A stretch of 64,000 nt of DNA, from contig ML978124.1 of the NCBI GenBank assembly GCA_010015805.1, positions 310,001 through 374,000 of the forward strand, read 5' to 3'. Under the pieces are notes generated by a model that was given only the letters and a program-made list of their open reading frames with translations, did no database searches and was not told the DNA's origin. This document shows positions 23,799 through 36,432 of this stretch, one piece after another. Source of the stretch: Rhizodiscina lignyota. Its lineage: Eukaryota. The position numbers were made by a program, and so were the translations under genes. The stretch's first letter is position 1; every line of letters starts with the position of its first letter.

Positions 23799-25881
23799 AT
23801 GGTTTACGAGTGGGACGACAAATTCAACGATGCCTATCGGCTCTATGTGGAGGAGCGAATGAATTTGGACCAGGTGATGGAATGGTTCAAGCGCGAGAAG
23901 GGTTTTGCTCCGAGGTATGTGTGCAGTCCACCGTAGATGTCGGATGTTAGATATGGACGCGACGTTGCGGAGAGCGCAGTCAATAGTGGCCAAAACCGCT
24001 ACTTTCCTTCCGTTCCATCATTCTCATTGAGATACAATTAGAAGATTGTTTGGTACGGATTCGGCTGATATGTCTTCACAGTAAACGCGCGTTCCAGACA
24101 CAGTTCAAGGCGAGTATTTTCAGGTAACCTCATGCTGATTCGGATCTTTGACATCATTGCAACAGAAATGGGATTTCCCAAGCAAGCAGCACCCGCTGCA
24201 GCAAGACGAGGACCTGACCACACGGGTCAGGGAGTTGTGGGAGAACAATGTCTCTCAAAAGGACATGCTTCGCATGCTCAATGAAGAAGGTTTCAGCATC
24301 AAAGAACGCGAACTCATGCGTCTGCGTGGCCGAAATCGATGGCTACTAAGAACTCCAAACGGTCAGGCACCTGCTAATGACGCCGCAAACGGTACTGTTC
24401 CTGTGCAGGAAGACAATGATGTTCTCTCTTCTGCCAAGTCGACTGCAAACGGCAAGGGCACCGACAAGCAGGCTCCACAAGTACAGCCTGAAACCGATGA
24501 CACCTTGATTGAGCGGCAACAACAACTTCTTCAAAAGCGACAGGCAGAGAGCGACGAACGATGGACTTCTCGCAAGCGCCGCAGGCGAACGCGAGGATGG
24601 GCTGGCCTGCCTGCAGATCCCGAAGGCCCGCCTCGTTTCCCTTCGGAGACCACCATTGACGAGAGCAAGGTCATCTTGAAAATGGACAATGACTTATATC
24701 GCCAAATCCGTGACGAATTTCAAGCAATTTGTGAAGAAGAGGGTGTCATCAAGAAGACCCTTGCTGGGCCAGAGAAATGGCAGGTTGTCAAGGATCGACT
24801 CATTCAAGAAAACGAGCATCTGCAGGACGTCATTTACAATGACAATGTCGACACTACTGACCAAAAGTTGCTTTCACTAGACGTCATCTGTCTTGACGTG
24901 ACAAAGAGAATGCGAGTAATGCAGACGCGTGTCACTATAGCGGATGCGAAAAACACACTGTGTATCAATCCGGAAGAGAGCAGGCAGATCCGAGCTGCAT
25001 TCTATTCGAAGCTCAAGAGCGACAACTTCACCAACAAGACTGACTTGGGCAACAAACGCTGGAATGAAATCAAACAAGAGTGGATCGCTGAATCCGAGCT
25101 ACTGCAGCGCATCTTGGATCCGGAAGACCCAGATCACCAATCAAAAGTAAAAGCCCTCGAAATGCTTTGCCGAGACGTCATGAAGCGCTTGCGCGACGAC
25201 CAAGCACGACGTGATCCTAATCGACAGAAACAACTCACCGGCCCGGGTCCTGGGCCAGCTCCTCCGCGACCATTCAAGACAACTACGAATGGCGCTATTA
25301 CCGCTCCTCCGCCTGCACCTGTCGAACGTCCCCATCGTCCGCCGCCGCCGGAGACTAACCAAGCAAGTGTTGCGGAAACGGAGCAGCTGGCTGCAGAGCT
25401 TCTCACTCACGCAAGTGCGACAGACCTTCAAATCGATCCATCTCTACTTCTCGCCGCCAATGGCGCTCTGCCTCAAGCTGAGCAAAACCACTACTCGGAT
25501 TACGCCCCTGCTCCCATGGCTGTCGCATCAGCCGCACCCATGTACTCCACTCAACCTGCACAAGCCGCATCGATGGGCGTCTTTGTCAGGCTGCATCCAC
25601 ATTCTCCTCTCCAGATGGAGCCGAAGATCTGGTTGGGAACACTGAGCTCTGGAACGGTCGGTGAATTGAGGCAGTTGGCTGCGAGCCATCATCCTGGATC
25701 GCAAGTTCTCAGGATCGATGGCATAGTCAAAGACGGGAATACTGGGACAGAGGTCAGCTACCTGATCGACGACGATGCCAAGCTCGGTGGATACCTTGCC
25801 CATGTGACTGGCGGCGATGCGATGTTTGAGGTCAGGCTGATCGGTGGTAGTGGAAACATGAATGTCAGGGCCGGCTTTTGA
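23799..25881 (+). CDS. Clr5-domain protein; 3 exons, second intron GC-AG
   Basis: Exon 1 (23799-23914) MVYEWDDKFNDAYRLYVEERMNLDQVMEWFKREKGFAPS, exon 2 (24082-24109) KRAFQTQFK, exon 3 from 24166 KWDFPSKQ. This matches the Clr5 N-terminal pattern and is followed by the long 24148..25881 ORF. Confidence 0.85.
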
Positions 25882-26563
25882 TGGCTGAGGACATGACAGC
25901 ATGAACGCTCTTGGGAAAGCTGCAGCAAGACTGAAGCATACACTACATTCTGCTCACAGAACTATCCACTGTTCACTGTTATGTGGGCTGTGTAGCTGAG
26001 TCTACCGGTCACTTCTGTTAATACTCTGGTTAGTCTGCAATTGAAACAATTTCTACATCCACCGCAAAAGACAACTGGTGCTTCGATGTCGGCACCATTT
26101 TTATTTGCGACATGTGGATCGATCCTGTCTCTTGCATTATTCTTGGCGAGTGCTTCGATGTCGACTTTTGCTTCGCTTTCGACGATTTCGTCACTTTCGA
26201 CCACGGATCTGCCATGTCGGAAGTAGATGAGTGCTGGTACCTTAACGTGAGGATGCCCCCGCTACAATACGAGAGATGTTATGTGCACAATGTTAAATGA
26301 GAGCGGAAAGTTAAAGCATAGCTATGAGAGCGAGGGTCATTGTTCTTCTGCCTGCATAATATTCCCGCATCTGGAGTCGTGTCCGTCCTTCGCCGTTGGG
26401 GATGCCTTTCTTGTCCTGCTTTTCTAGCAAAGAGCACATTCAACCGCGCTTCGGCCAAATATCGCACGTGTGTTGATGTTGCATCGTTCGCATTGCTGGT
26501 GTTTCACCTCGAACGCAACCACAATTGCTTTAGACCCGGCTTTACGGATTGGCTGTAGAACTT

Positions 26564-28318
26564 TCATTCAAACTCATCTGAATCTGTATCCCAGTCTCTT
26601 TCGTTAGTAGGCGCTTCCCCATTTACCGGGTACCGGTCCGGAATGAATCGGAGTTGATATTCGAATGCGCCGCCAGCGCCAATCATATCATCATCCCTTG
26701 CTGGTCGGGCAGTATGAGGCCACTGGCGTTGCAGGAGGTTAGCCGTTGGCATGTGGGCTTGAATCTTCGTCAGCAGCTTCTGAAAGTTTGGGCGCGGTGT
26801 CCGTTGAGGCTCATACAAGTCTTAACGAGGTGTTTAAGCGCATAGCTGTACATGTTGCTTTTTCTATGCCAGCGGTGGGCTGTACCCCCTTTGGCAATAT
26901 TATGAGATCCGACATAGGGGCGTTCCCACTTCAAGCCTAGTGGATTGGCTTTCCTTTCCATGAGACAGTACATAACCATGCCGACGCTCCACACATCGCT
27001 CCTCTGACCCGGCGCTTTCGGGTAGTTTAGATTGGGGAACCTCTCCTATTTCGTCGTCAGTTCTCGTTCGTCTTTGAAACAGCAAGACTAACTGGAGCTC
27101 TCCAACCGAATGTACCATCCTGCACTTGGGTGGGTACCGCCGCTGACTGCCCCTTGGCATGACCAAAGTCTCCGAGGAACGCGGAGGGATAAGCAGGGAA
27201 GTTGTTTGGAAGGATACCAGGGATGCTGTCTCCGAGAAAAATATTGCCCAACTTGATATCGCTGTACTTAACTCAGCTCAAGAAAAGCTTGTGCGGAGGA
27301 ATGAACGTACTTGTGTAACACTGAACCAGGAGGTAATCCTCTCATGCGGCGACGTGGCATAACTCGTAACGCAACGCCGACAGTAGCCAAGTCCTCGAAA
27401 AGTTTCCACAGAAAAGGCTCAGGCACCCTAGAAAGTATGAGTATTACCAAGAAGGATTATCTCTTATTTAACGAATAAGACTGACCAAGGCTCCGGGGGC
27501 CGTGGACCTTTGGTTATGCTCTTATGCTTGTATATTCTAACGAGACTACTAAGATCTACCAACGTCAGTGGGAGATTAACGTCGTCAATGCCAGGTAACA
27601 TACCACCGTACGGGCAATAGTCCATAAATATTGCATATCTTAACGTATCCGCAACCGGGAAGTGCCTGCTGGATCTGAACCCAACAACGTTCCTTGGGCA
27701 AATGCTTGCTGCATGCCGATGGTAGAAAATCTCGTTCATGGGATGATCCATACTACCCGATAAACGATCTGCGAATTTGAGTACGGCGCGGTCGTCAATT
27801 TGCTCGTCGTCATCGATGGAGAGACAGAGGATATTAGAGCCGAATCCAGCTTTGTACAATACCCTCCAATGAAGCCACTCACGACCCGGGTTTGGCGGGG
27901 GGTGCTGAAACCACCAAGCCGGTGGATCCGGTAGTTCTCCCAGATCAGAATTCATCTCTTCAAAGGCTCTTCTTCGCATGTCCAGCCTCCAACGTTCATC
28001 CTCCCAAAGTGTTTTGTCGGCGGCTTTGAGACGTTTCCACTTCCGCGACATCAGACCCAAGATCGCCCTGTATTTCATCTTCGGCGCTCTTCGCAGGTCG
28101 CGATACCACCTCTCTCTGCTGTGGGTGAACCAGACATCCCATGTGTTGAAGTGCCTTCCTCTGTTCACGAGCATTCGCCAATGGAATCTACGATGAGGGC
28201 GGCGCTCAATTACCCTATTCGTCCGAATTCGGTGACGTTCAGTAGCTGCGGGATGCGCCATCGCCTGCTCCCGGCCGCGCTCCATGGCTGTTAGCGGATT
28301 ATCCGGTGGCTTGTTCAT
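26564..28318 (-). pseudogene. Divergent non-RD Ser/Thr protein kinase with an HMG-box-like N-terminus; four introns; apparent frameshift near 26800
   Basis: The spliced product has AVLK (subdomain II), MNEI (III), FMDYCPYGDL, PEPFLWKLF, HNDIKLGN (VIb), DFG, GTFGWRAPE and SDVWSVG. LVKTCMSLN and RPNFQKLL (XI) are in different frames with no intron signal between them. Confidence 0.75.
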
Positions 28319-28582
28319 GATGGTTATATCTCAGTAGCAAGCTGTCGTAACCTGGAAGTAAAATATTGGCGGGTGTGCGAGAAACAGGAAGGTGTTGCCA
28401 GTTAGAGGTAAGTTGAGGAGCGCCGCAGTTTTCCATAGTTTACGTCCTTTGTCTTTGTCTGCCCTCTTCTTGCGGATATCGACCAAAAATGAGAGCAACC
28501 ACTACACCGGCACCCTTTGTAGAAGCATTCAACAAAGGGTCGGAATGGTAGCGCAAGAAGAAGCAATCAGGGAATGCATTGT

Positions 28583-29314
28583 TCAGATATTTGCCAGTCT
28601 CAGTGGTTTGGACTTGTTGCTGCGAACGTCTTCCACGAAATTCTTCACCTCGTCCGCATACACTTGCGTCCGCGGTACTGCATGCTTCCAGGGATGCGGC
28701 CGGATCCTGATGTTCTCACACCGGCTGATAAAGAAAGCTTGACGTTCTCGCTGTGACTTTTCTCTTTGCCACTCTTTCTGTCCGAAAAATGCCAGCGTTG
28801 GAGTACGGATCAAATTCTCTCGTTCGGTTTCAGGATAGAACAGCCAATAAACAAGCGGCGTGGGAAAGCGATATGGATTGGCCGAGAATGTGACAAGAAA
28901 CTCCAAAGGGGGGTGCCACGACGGCAAGTACTTCTGCGTGAGAGGATGTGAACGTCTGCTTGGTTCAAGCATTGCTGCCAGTGAAGCAGCAGAGCATCCT
29001 CCTTGAGAAAAACCCAGAGCGCCTACGAAGGGTCCATGTTCTTTCAAAGCTTTCCCCCATATTTCCATTGCGGCCTCGATTCCAACATGACGTTGCCCGA
29101 CCTCGTCTGTTTCCCACCAACTCCGTTCGTCATCTCCAGGCTTCCAGTCTTCTTGACGAGCGTGGATGTAAGCTGTACCAGCAATGTCACATGGTCCAGT
29201 TATGAAAACGAATTCGTAACCTAAAGGCGAAAGCGTATCGACAATAGTTGCGGTGCGCCGTCGAAACATAACCCCCGACTGCCCAACGCCATGAAGAGCT
29301 AAGATTTTGGGCAT
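28583..29314 (-). CDS. Serine hydrolase, FSH1/LovG/OVCA2 family, single exon
   Basis: MPKILALHGVGQSG, nucleophile elbow GALGFSQG, PTL and C-terminal H..KHAVP. Confidence 0.88.
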   Translation of the reverse strand: MPKILALHGVGQSGVMFRRRTATIVDTLSPLGYEFVFITGPCDIAGTAYIHARQEDWKPGDDERSWWETDEVGQRHVGIEAAMEIWGKALKEHGPFVGALGFSQGGCSAASLAAMLEPSRRSHPLTQKYLPSWHPPLEFLVTFSANPYRFPTPLVYWLFYPETERENLIRTPTLAFFGQKEWQREKSQRERQAFFISRCENIRIRPHPWKHAVPRTQVYADEVKNFVEDVRSNKSKPLRLANI

Positions 29315-30308
29315 GATGACTTGATATGTCACCAAACTTGCGGACTTTTATGGTTATAGGACATGAAGAGAGTGACACAAATTACATTGAAGACATTGAC
29401 AACTCTCAAAAACGAAATCACAAAGGACACTTGAAGCAAAATGGTACCTCGGCGTAGAAGGGAAAGGCCGAAAAACGCCGAGCAGCGTGTACGGACGGCT
29501 GCGTCTGGATGAGAGCATTTTCCACAGGCGAACCATTTCTGAAATACTGTCATTTCAATTTCAACTCCACTGAAACGTGAAGAGCCACTAATTTTATTAA
29601 CTATACCTTTCTGCAAAGAAACCCGATGGCTCCGGGGAGATATGATCAAATAGAAGGTTCATGGTGAACCTCTGAGACCATGAGAACGGAGAGGTGTAAG
29701 TAGTTTTGCCTCTGTTAATTCTTTTCGTCCGTTCCAAATCTCTTTCTTCGCATTATGTATTTCACCACGAGCACGTCGCGTGCACTCTCCCACTAAGAAG
29801 CTTAAACTCAATAGCCAAGTAAAACGTCTAGGCTCTACCGTTTCCGCTATCCAGAGCGGCTGTGGCGCCGCCGAATGTTTGATGCTGTGCCTCCTCCTCA
29901 CCTCCAACTACCCCACGGCTACCCTTCTCCGGCGAGTCAAGCTCGCAATAGCCAATCGCATCCTATGAAGCTAAAACCCGAAACCAACCACACCAGTTCC
30001 AAAGTCTTCAAGTATCGGTGAAACTTGTCGGTTCCTTCCCCGACCTTCCCCAGGATGTGGTCCATGCGGAGTCAGAACCTGGGATCGCTGCAGTCTGGGG
30101 TAATGGTTACCTCTGCGGACCACGGAAACGGTACCAGCCGCGAGTCTAATGACGAGCCTCTACTGCATGATAGATGTGACGGATGCGCTAAAATGCTTGT
30201 GAGAGGAGCGTATATTATCATGAGGATGTGCCTCCTCGCGCTAGGTGAAGTGTCTTCCTGTCAGATTTCTCTTCCCTTTCTTCTCAGGTCAGGCCGAGAA
30301 GTTTCACC

Positions 30309-32351
30309 ATGGCGGAAGAGAAGGACACCATCGCTCATCAAGAGATGAAGCAAAGAACCCAAGAGCCAGAGCCAGAAGTCGCGTCTTCCAACCCAGACGA
30401 CCAAGTCGAGAAAGGTGTTGAACGGAATGTCTACCCTACAAGTGATGAAGAATACGTCGTTACCTTCAAGACTTGGGTTGTAGTGGCCATTCTAGCATCA
30501 GCATATGGTGTACACTGAGTTGCTTCGACTTGAGTGCTCAGGCTGCTGACGAACTAGCAGGTCTCATTTTGGATTGTTCCAGCAATTGGCGTCATCGCCA
30601 CTCAAGTCGCGACCGACCTTGGTGATCCGACCGCTGGCGTCTGGTTTACTTCGCTGTACACCGTCTGCAATGCGATTGCTTTCATGATATGCGGCGCGAA
30701 CTCTGACCTCTTCGGACGACGATGGTTCTTGCTATTTGGCAATGTGCTTATGTTCGCTGTATGCATACCCCAGTGGAATTGGCGGGCCAGTAAGGGCTCA
30801 TAACAAAAAATAGGGACATCTGATGGGCGGCCTTGCCAAGAATGGAACGACTATAATTGCAGGATTCGCGCTGATCGGATTCGGTGCTGGAAATGCGCAG
30901 TTGGCTGCATTTGCACTGCCTGAACTGGTACGAGACAAAATAGCCCTTTCTGTAGAAGTTAGCTAACTCGTAATTTCACAGTTGCCCAACAAATGGCGGC
31001 ACATCTCCGTCACAATTGCTGATCTAGGGACATGGTTGGCGGTTGTCGTTGGACCCATAGCAGCACGATACGCAATTGCTCGCGGAGATGCATGGAGATG
31101 GCTCTTTCACGGTCCATCAATCGGTGCATTCTTGTCTTTCTTCGGACTGTATTTCTTGTACTATCCTCCTCAGCACCCTCGCGGACTTGGTTTCAAGCGG
31201 GCTTTGAAGGAGCTTGATTACATCGGAGGTGTACTGTTCATACTGGCGGCCACATTGATTCTGATTGGTATCGTCTACACCGAGATTATTCCGTCCAGCA
31301 GCGGAAGGGTGAATTTCCCCATTTTATCATAATTGACGATGAAACTAACACCTGATAGGTCATCGGCCTCCTTGTCTCCGGCTTTGCTACTCTCGTCGCC
31401 TTCTGTCTCTACGAGCATTTCGGCAACCCGAAGCAACCACTCACGCCCACGCACATTTTCACTAAGGACTATGGCCGAGAATTCACATTTCCTTTCATAG
31501 TTGGATTCGTGGTTACTATGTTTTACTACATGACGAATATAGTCTTTCCGACTCAACTCTCCGTCTTCTACACGAACGAGACGACACCGCTGTCCACGAC
31601 GCTGAAGTACTCTCTCCCATCGAACCTCGGCCTCGTCTGGGGCGAGATCTTACTTATCACATGCGGCACGCGCCTGGCTCGTCTGGTGAAATGGAAGTGG
31701 ACGTTGGCTGGCTCTGTCTTCATAATGGTACTCTTTGGAGCGCTTCTCGGACTTGGAAACCCAACAAACAAGGGCATGATGTTCGCATTCGTCTTCATAA
31801 GCCAAATGGGCTTCGGATGGGCTCAGATGCTGAGCATCACGTTCATTCAGTTCGGCGTGCCGCAGGTTGAGCTCGGAATCTCGGGCGGTTTGGCTGGCGT
31901 ATCGCGGTTTGCGGGAGGTGCTATTGCCATTTCCGTTTACAGCACGATCCGTAAGTGCACTCGTAATGATCTTCGTCAATAGCTGTCGAAACTGACATCA
32001 CCAGTGTCGAACGTTCAAGCCACCTGGGCAGCGCGACTCGTCCCTCCTGCTGCCATTGGTGCTGGCCTTCCACAGTCCTCGCTAGATGCGCTACTCAAGG
32101 CTCTTCCGCTCGGCTCTGCTGCACTGGAGAAGGTGCCAGGTATCTCTACAAGAATCATCCTCGCAGCAGGCGCGGCTCTGCAGGAGACGTACGTGCATGC
32201 ACTTCGCGTAGTCGCCTTGGCAAGCTTGAGCTTCGGCATCTTGGCGATCATCTCGTGCGCGCTGTGCAACGACATTGGGCCCAAGATGAACGAGAAGATC
32301 GAGGTCTTCTTGGAGAACGATGAGTTTGCAGATCGCAATACTTTCCATTAA
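30309..32351 (+). CDS. MFS transporter of the TRI12 (trichothecene efflux)/Str1-like family, multi-intron
   Basis: GANSDLFGRRWF motif, ELLPNKWRH, WRWLF, YYPPQHPRG, ELDYIGG and many hydrophobic segments, joined by about five GT-AG introns. Confidence 0.9.
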
Positions 32352-33197
32352 CGGTGGCGCATCTTCGGAAAGAGCCGCTTGCGGGAGCTAGTGATAGTTC
32401 AGAGATATTTAAAGGATCAATATTTTGAAGAAAAAGACGAGAGACCGACCGGGGCGGCTGACTCAGTTTCGGCCACAAATTCCTCATTTCAGGCTGTATA
32501 TAAAAAGGAATGAATGCTGGTACCGAGCGCTGTATGTCTCAATTGTGAGCTCGAATAACTCTCGAGCCTTCACTGCGACAATTGAGTGACAAAATCAAGA
32601 AACGAAACAGACGAACGTTTCCCGAACAGACCCTCAGCCCTGCCAGAATTGGAGCGTAAGAAGCGTGCTCGACGATCGGCATTATGTGGAGTACCTTCTG
32701 AGCCGCCAGGGCAGGAGGTGGTGCTTGCGTTGCTTATGACGTTGCTCGCCCAAGCGGGCGGAAGGCGCGGGACTGGGCGTGGAAGCTGCTGCGAAGGCCG
32801 TCGCCTGCTCGTCCGCCGCTTCGTAATCGCATAAGACGCTGAGTTACTCCGACTCGCACCGAGTGCATGCGGAGTACATAATGCCAAATACCTCGTGAGC
32901 TGCACGAGGAGGAGCAATTGTTTGCTGCTCTTTAGCCTTTCCTCTCAATAAACGCCTCCTCGCGGGGTGGAAGGGCCAGCAAAACGAAGAGCAGGATCAT
33001 CGTATTCAGCCTCACACGCACATCCACCGCCCGCATTGGGCCCTCCGCCGGCCCCCAGCAAGCTCCAGGTCCCCGTCAGGCCATTCGCCTCGTTTAAAGA
33101 CCCTTCCTCGACAGCTTGCGTGACACGGCCGAGTCCCTTCTCCTGCACCTCTTTCCTGTCCTGCGAGCCTCGCGCTCTCCTCAGCAGCTGCACCACC

Positions 33198-35539
33198 ATG
33201 TCGCAGGCGACGGCCTCGAATATCTGGGCGAAGACGAAGACGGGCGGCAAGGCGGGCTTCGACCAGGTCTGGAAGTGGGCCGACAAGCTGGGCGCGCCCG
33301 TCAACCGGCTGAGCAACCGCATTGGCAGCGAGTCGTTCTGGCCGACGACGCTGGACAAGGAGAGCGACAAGGCGGCGCGCATTCTGAAGAGCTTCTGCAA
33401 GGATGGCTTCTACACGCAGGAAAAGGTGGATGAGGGAGTGAAGGAGGAGGGCGTCCCGCAGGGGAAGCAGAGAGTGCTGAAGAAGATTCCGACAGAGGTG
33501 AGTCTGGTTCTGCTGCTTTGTCTCGGCTGGTGGATGCATACAGCGTGGCTTTGGTGGGACGTTGCGCAACAGTACATATGAGCTTTCAAGCTGGAGGTGA
33601 GACTTGGCGAGCATATCGCTGATCTACTACTTCTTCACAGGTCATTCAAAATGCCAAAGGCCTCGCAATCTTCACTGTCATGCGCACTGGTCTCTGGATA
33701 TCCGGAGCCGGTGGTAGTGGCATCCTCGTCGCTCGATTACCCGACGGATCATGGTCCCCTCCTTCTGGTATCCTCCTTCACACTGCCGGTCTCGGCTTCC
33801 TTGTGGGCGTCGACATCTACGATTGCGTTATCGTCATTAATACCGAAGAGGCACTCGAAGCGTTCACGAAGATCCGATGCACACTCGGCGGAGAGGTCAC
33901 TGCTGCAGCCGGTCCAGTCGGAATGGGCGGCGTGGTCGATTCAGAAGTGCACAAGCGGAGATCACCGATATTCACATACCTGAAGAGCAGAGGTTTCTAT
34001 GCAGGCATTCAGGTGGATGGAACGGTCGTAATAGAACGATCGGATGAGAACGAGCGTTTTTACAACCAAAAAATACCGGTTGGCGATATTCTCAAGGGCA
34101 AAGTTAGACATCCACCACGGGAGCTTGATACACTAAAGAATACCATCAGAGCAGCAGAAGGCTTCCAGGTAGACGACGAAGAGCTTCCGGAAGGCCCGGC
34201 TCCAGGCGACTTTGAGCTTGAAGAGCCGGGCCACATGTTTGGCATCCCAGACAAGGAAGATCCCGACCCCTTCGGCTTCAAGGCGCTCCAAGAGCAAGGC
34301 CTCGACATCCGCGAAGCCGGCTCGAAAGCACGCGCAAGCCAAGACGAATTCGACTTCCGCCCCAGCCCGACCAGCCCCATACACAGCATCATCAACCGAC
34401 GGAGCATGGACACCACCAGCCTCAACCGCGGAGACAGCAGGAGGAACAGCTGGCGCGTAAGTGCCCTAAGCACCGCGAGCCGGATGACCGACTCGGGGAC
34501 GCAGACTGATGTTGACGAAATGGAACAAAGGAGTCCCTACAGCGCGACGTTCCCCTCGGGGGACCACCTGTACCGGCGGAACAGCAGGTCGCCGGCGGAG
34601 AGCAGCGGCCACAGGAGCATGGACGGCATCCCGGAGCAGCGGGCAGCTCCGAGGATGCTGCAGAGCCCTCCAATGCTACCACCTAGGCGGAATGCCGCGC
34701 CGCGGCCTCCTCCTATCGATGTGGGTTTGGAGCCGGATGATGAGGAGGATGGTGATGCCGATGGTGAGGAGGATGCAGTCGTGCATAAAGTGCAAACTGC
34801 TACAAGATCGCCTTCTTCTGCTTCGGTTTCGACTGGCATCCAGGTCATCTCGAAACCACGGTTAGTGACGGTTCACAAGGCGACACCGCCGAAACTGCCA
34901 CCTCGAAACCCCGACAGAGGGAGTAGGAGACTGAATGGAGTTGATGCCCCCATCAGTCCCATTTCAGCGACTAGCTCTGTTGGCCAGATTGCGGACAAAC
35001 GCGTCGAGGAGAGCTCAGAGACTGGCAGTGGACAGACGAGGGCGGAGAGCATGTCAAGCTTTTCGGAGGCGAGGCACAGCCCTGACATTCACAACGAGAA
35101 GGAGATCTCTGAGGGCATGCAAGAGGTCGATTTGGGCAATGTGTGGAAGGACGAGAAGAGCGAGAGCTTGAAGTCGCCAAGGGAAAAGGAGGACGATGGG
35201 TTCCAGGAAGTCGAGCTGAACCACAAGTCGACTGAGGACCATAAACCAGCTGAGGACCACAAGCCAGTTGAAGACCATAAGTCAGTTGAAGACCACACGC
35301 CAGTTGAAGACCACAAGCCAGTTGAAGACCACAAGCCAATTGAAGATCGCAAGCCAGCGGAGACGGAAGAGAAGAGAGAGGTCACACCCCGACCGAGCGA
35401 GGACGTCGTGGAAGAGAAAAAAGAACTCTCATCCAGAATGAGTGGCGACATGGTCAACTTCCGCGCTGGAATGAGGATAGATGACGACGACGACGACGAT
35501 GATGACGAGCCCGTGAAGAGCACACCTGGTGCTTGGTAG
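33198..35539 (+). CDS. YSC84/SYLF-domain (Lsb3/4-like) actin/lipid-binding protein without SH3; 2 exons
   Basis: ESDKAARILKSF, AKGLAIFTVMRTG, SGAGGSGILVARLPDGSWSPPS and KSRGFYAG. Intron about 33498-33640. Confidence 0.9.
35234..35359 (+). repeat. Coding 18-bp tandem repeat x7 (EDHKPV-like)
   Basis: gaggaccataaaccagct / gaagaccacaagccagtt units inside the C-terminal tail of the YSC84-like gene. Confidence 0.9.
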
Positions 35540-36432
35540 TTTCTCTCTCGGTATTAGCTATGACGAATCACGGCAGGCGTTGGGCGCTTTCCATTGTTCG
35601 ATTATCTGTCCTATCATTCCTTTCTTGATGTACACACCTTTTGGGCAGTTGGAGGCCAGCTAGACGAAGATGGAACCTACCTAGTGGGAGGACACAGCGC
35701 ATGGATATTTTGGGTATTGGCATTTGGGCTCTGCGAATGCGACGAAAAAGGAACGGGTATTTTTGGTTGATATGCGGATTATGTACTCCGCATGGCATGA
35801 GACATGACGATTAGATAGATAAAAGATGACCTTTAATACGCATGGAACTGCTACTTGTTCTCCTTCATCTTGAACCTTCCTCGATAGTGATGAAATAGTC
35901 GGCTGCCGAGCAAGCTGTAACGTCTAAAGACAAGCAGTTTTCGCTCTTCAAGAAAATCGAGACTGTCCCAGGAGGCTTAGTTCTACGCCTTTTGGAGTGT
36001 GTATACCTGTATCACACTGTTGGGAAACTTACCTGTTATCAAGGCTTAAGGGTGATAAAATACTTGGCCGTCGGACAAGCTGTAACGACCGAGGGCGGCC
36101 TTCTCTTGCTCCTCACGTGGAGCGAGATTATTTGTGAAGGTTTAGTTATAAGTTGTTTGGGGCGTACTTTATCATAGCACAACATTGAAAACTCTGCGCT
36201 CTGCGTTGCTAAGAGAGGCTCTCGAAGTCCCTAATTGCGCTGACTATCGCTCTAGCACAAATGCCCTGAAGCGACCGATCCACTGGGGACAAAATGTAGA
36301 AGCTATGCCGGCAAAGATCCATATATAAGAAGAAATTGAACGCACGGCTATCTGGGTACATGCTTATTGCTCTTTTCCGTAAGTTCCTTTGCTGACAGCT
36401 CCTCTCGAACCACCAACCATAGCCAGTTGCAG

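Noticed and set aside
25962..26215. Small minus-strand ORFs with a CGGCRNCFNC motif
   Set aside because: The Cys-containing frame lacks an ATG and no splice model joins it to the neighbouring ATG frame.
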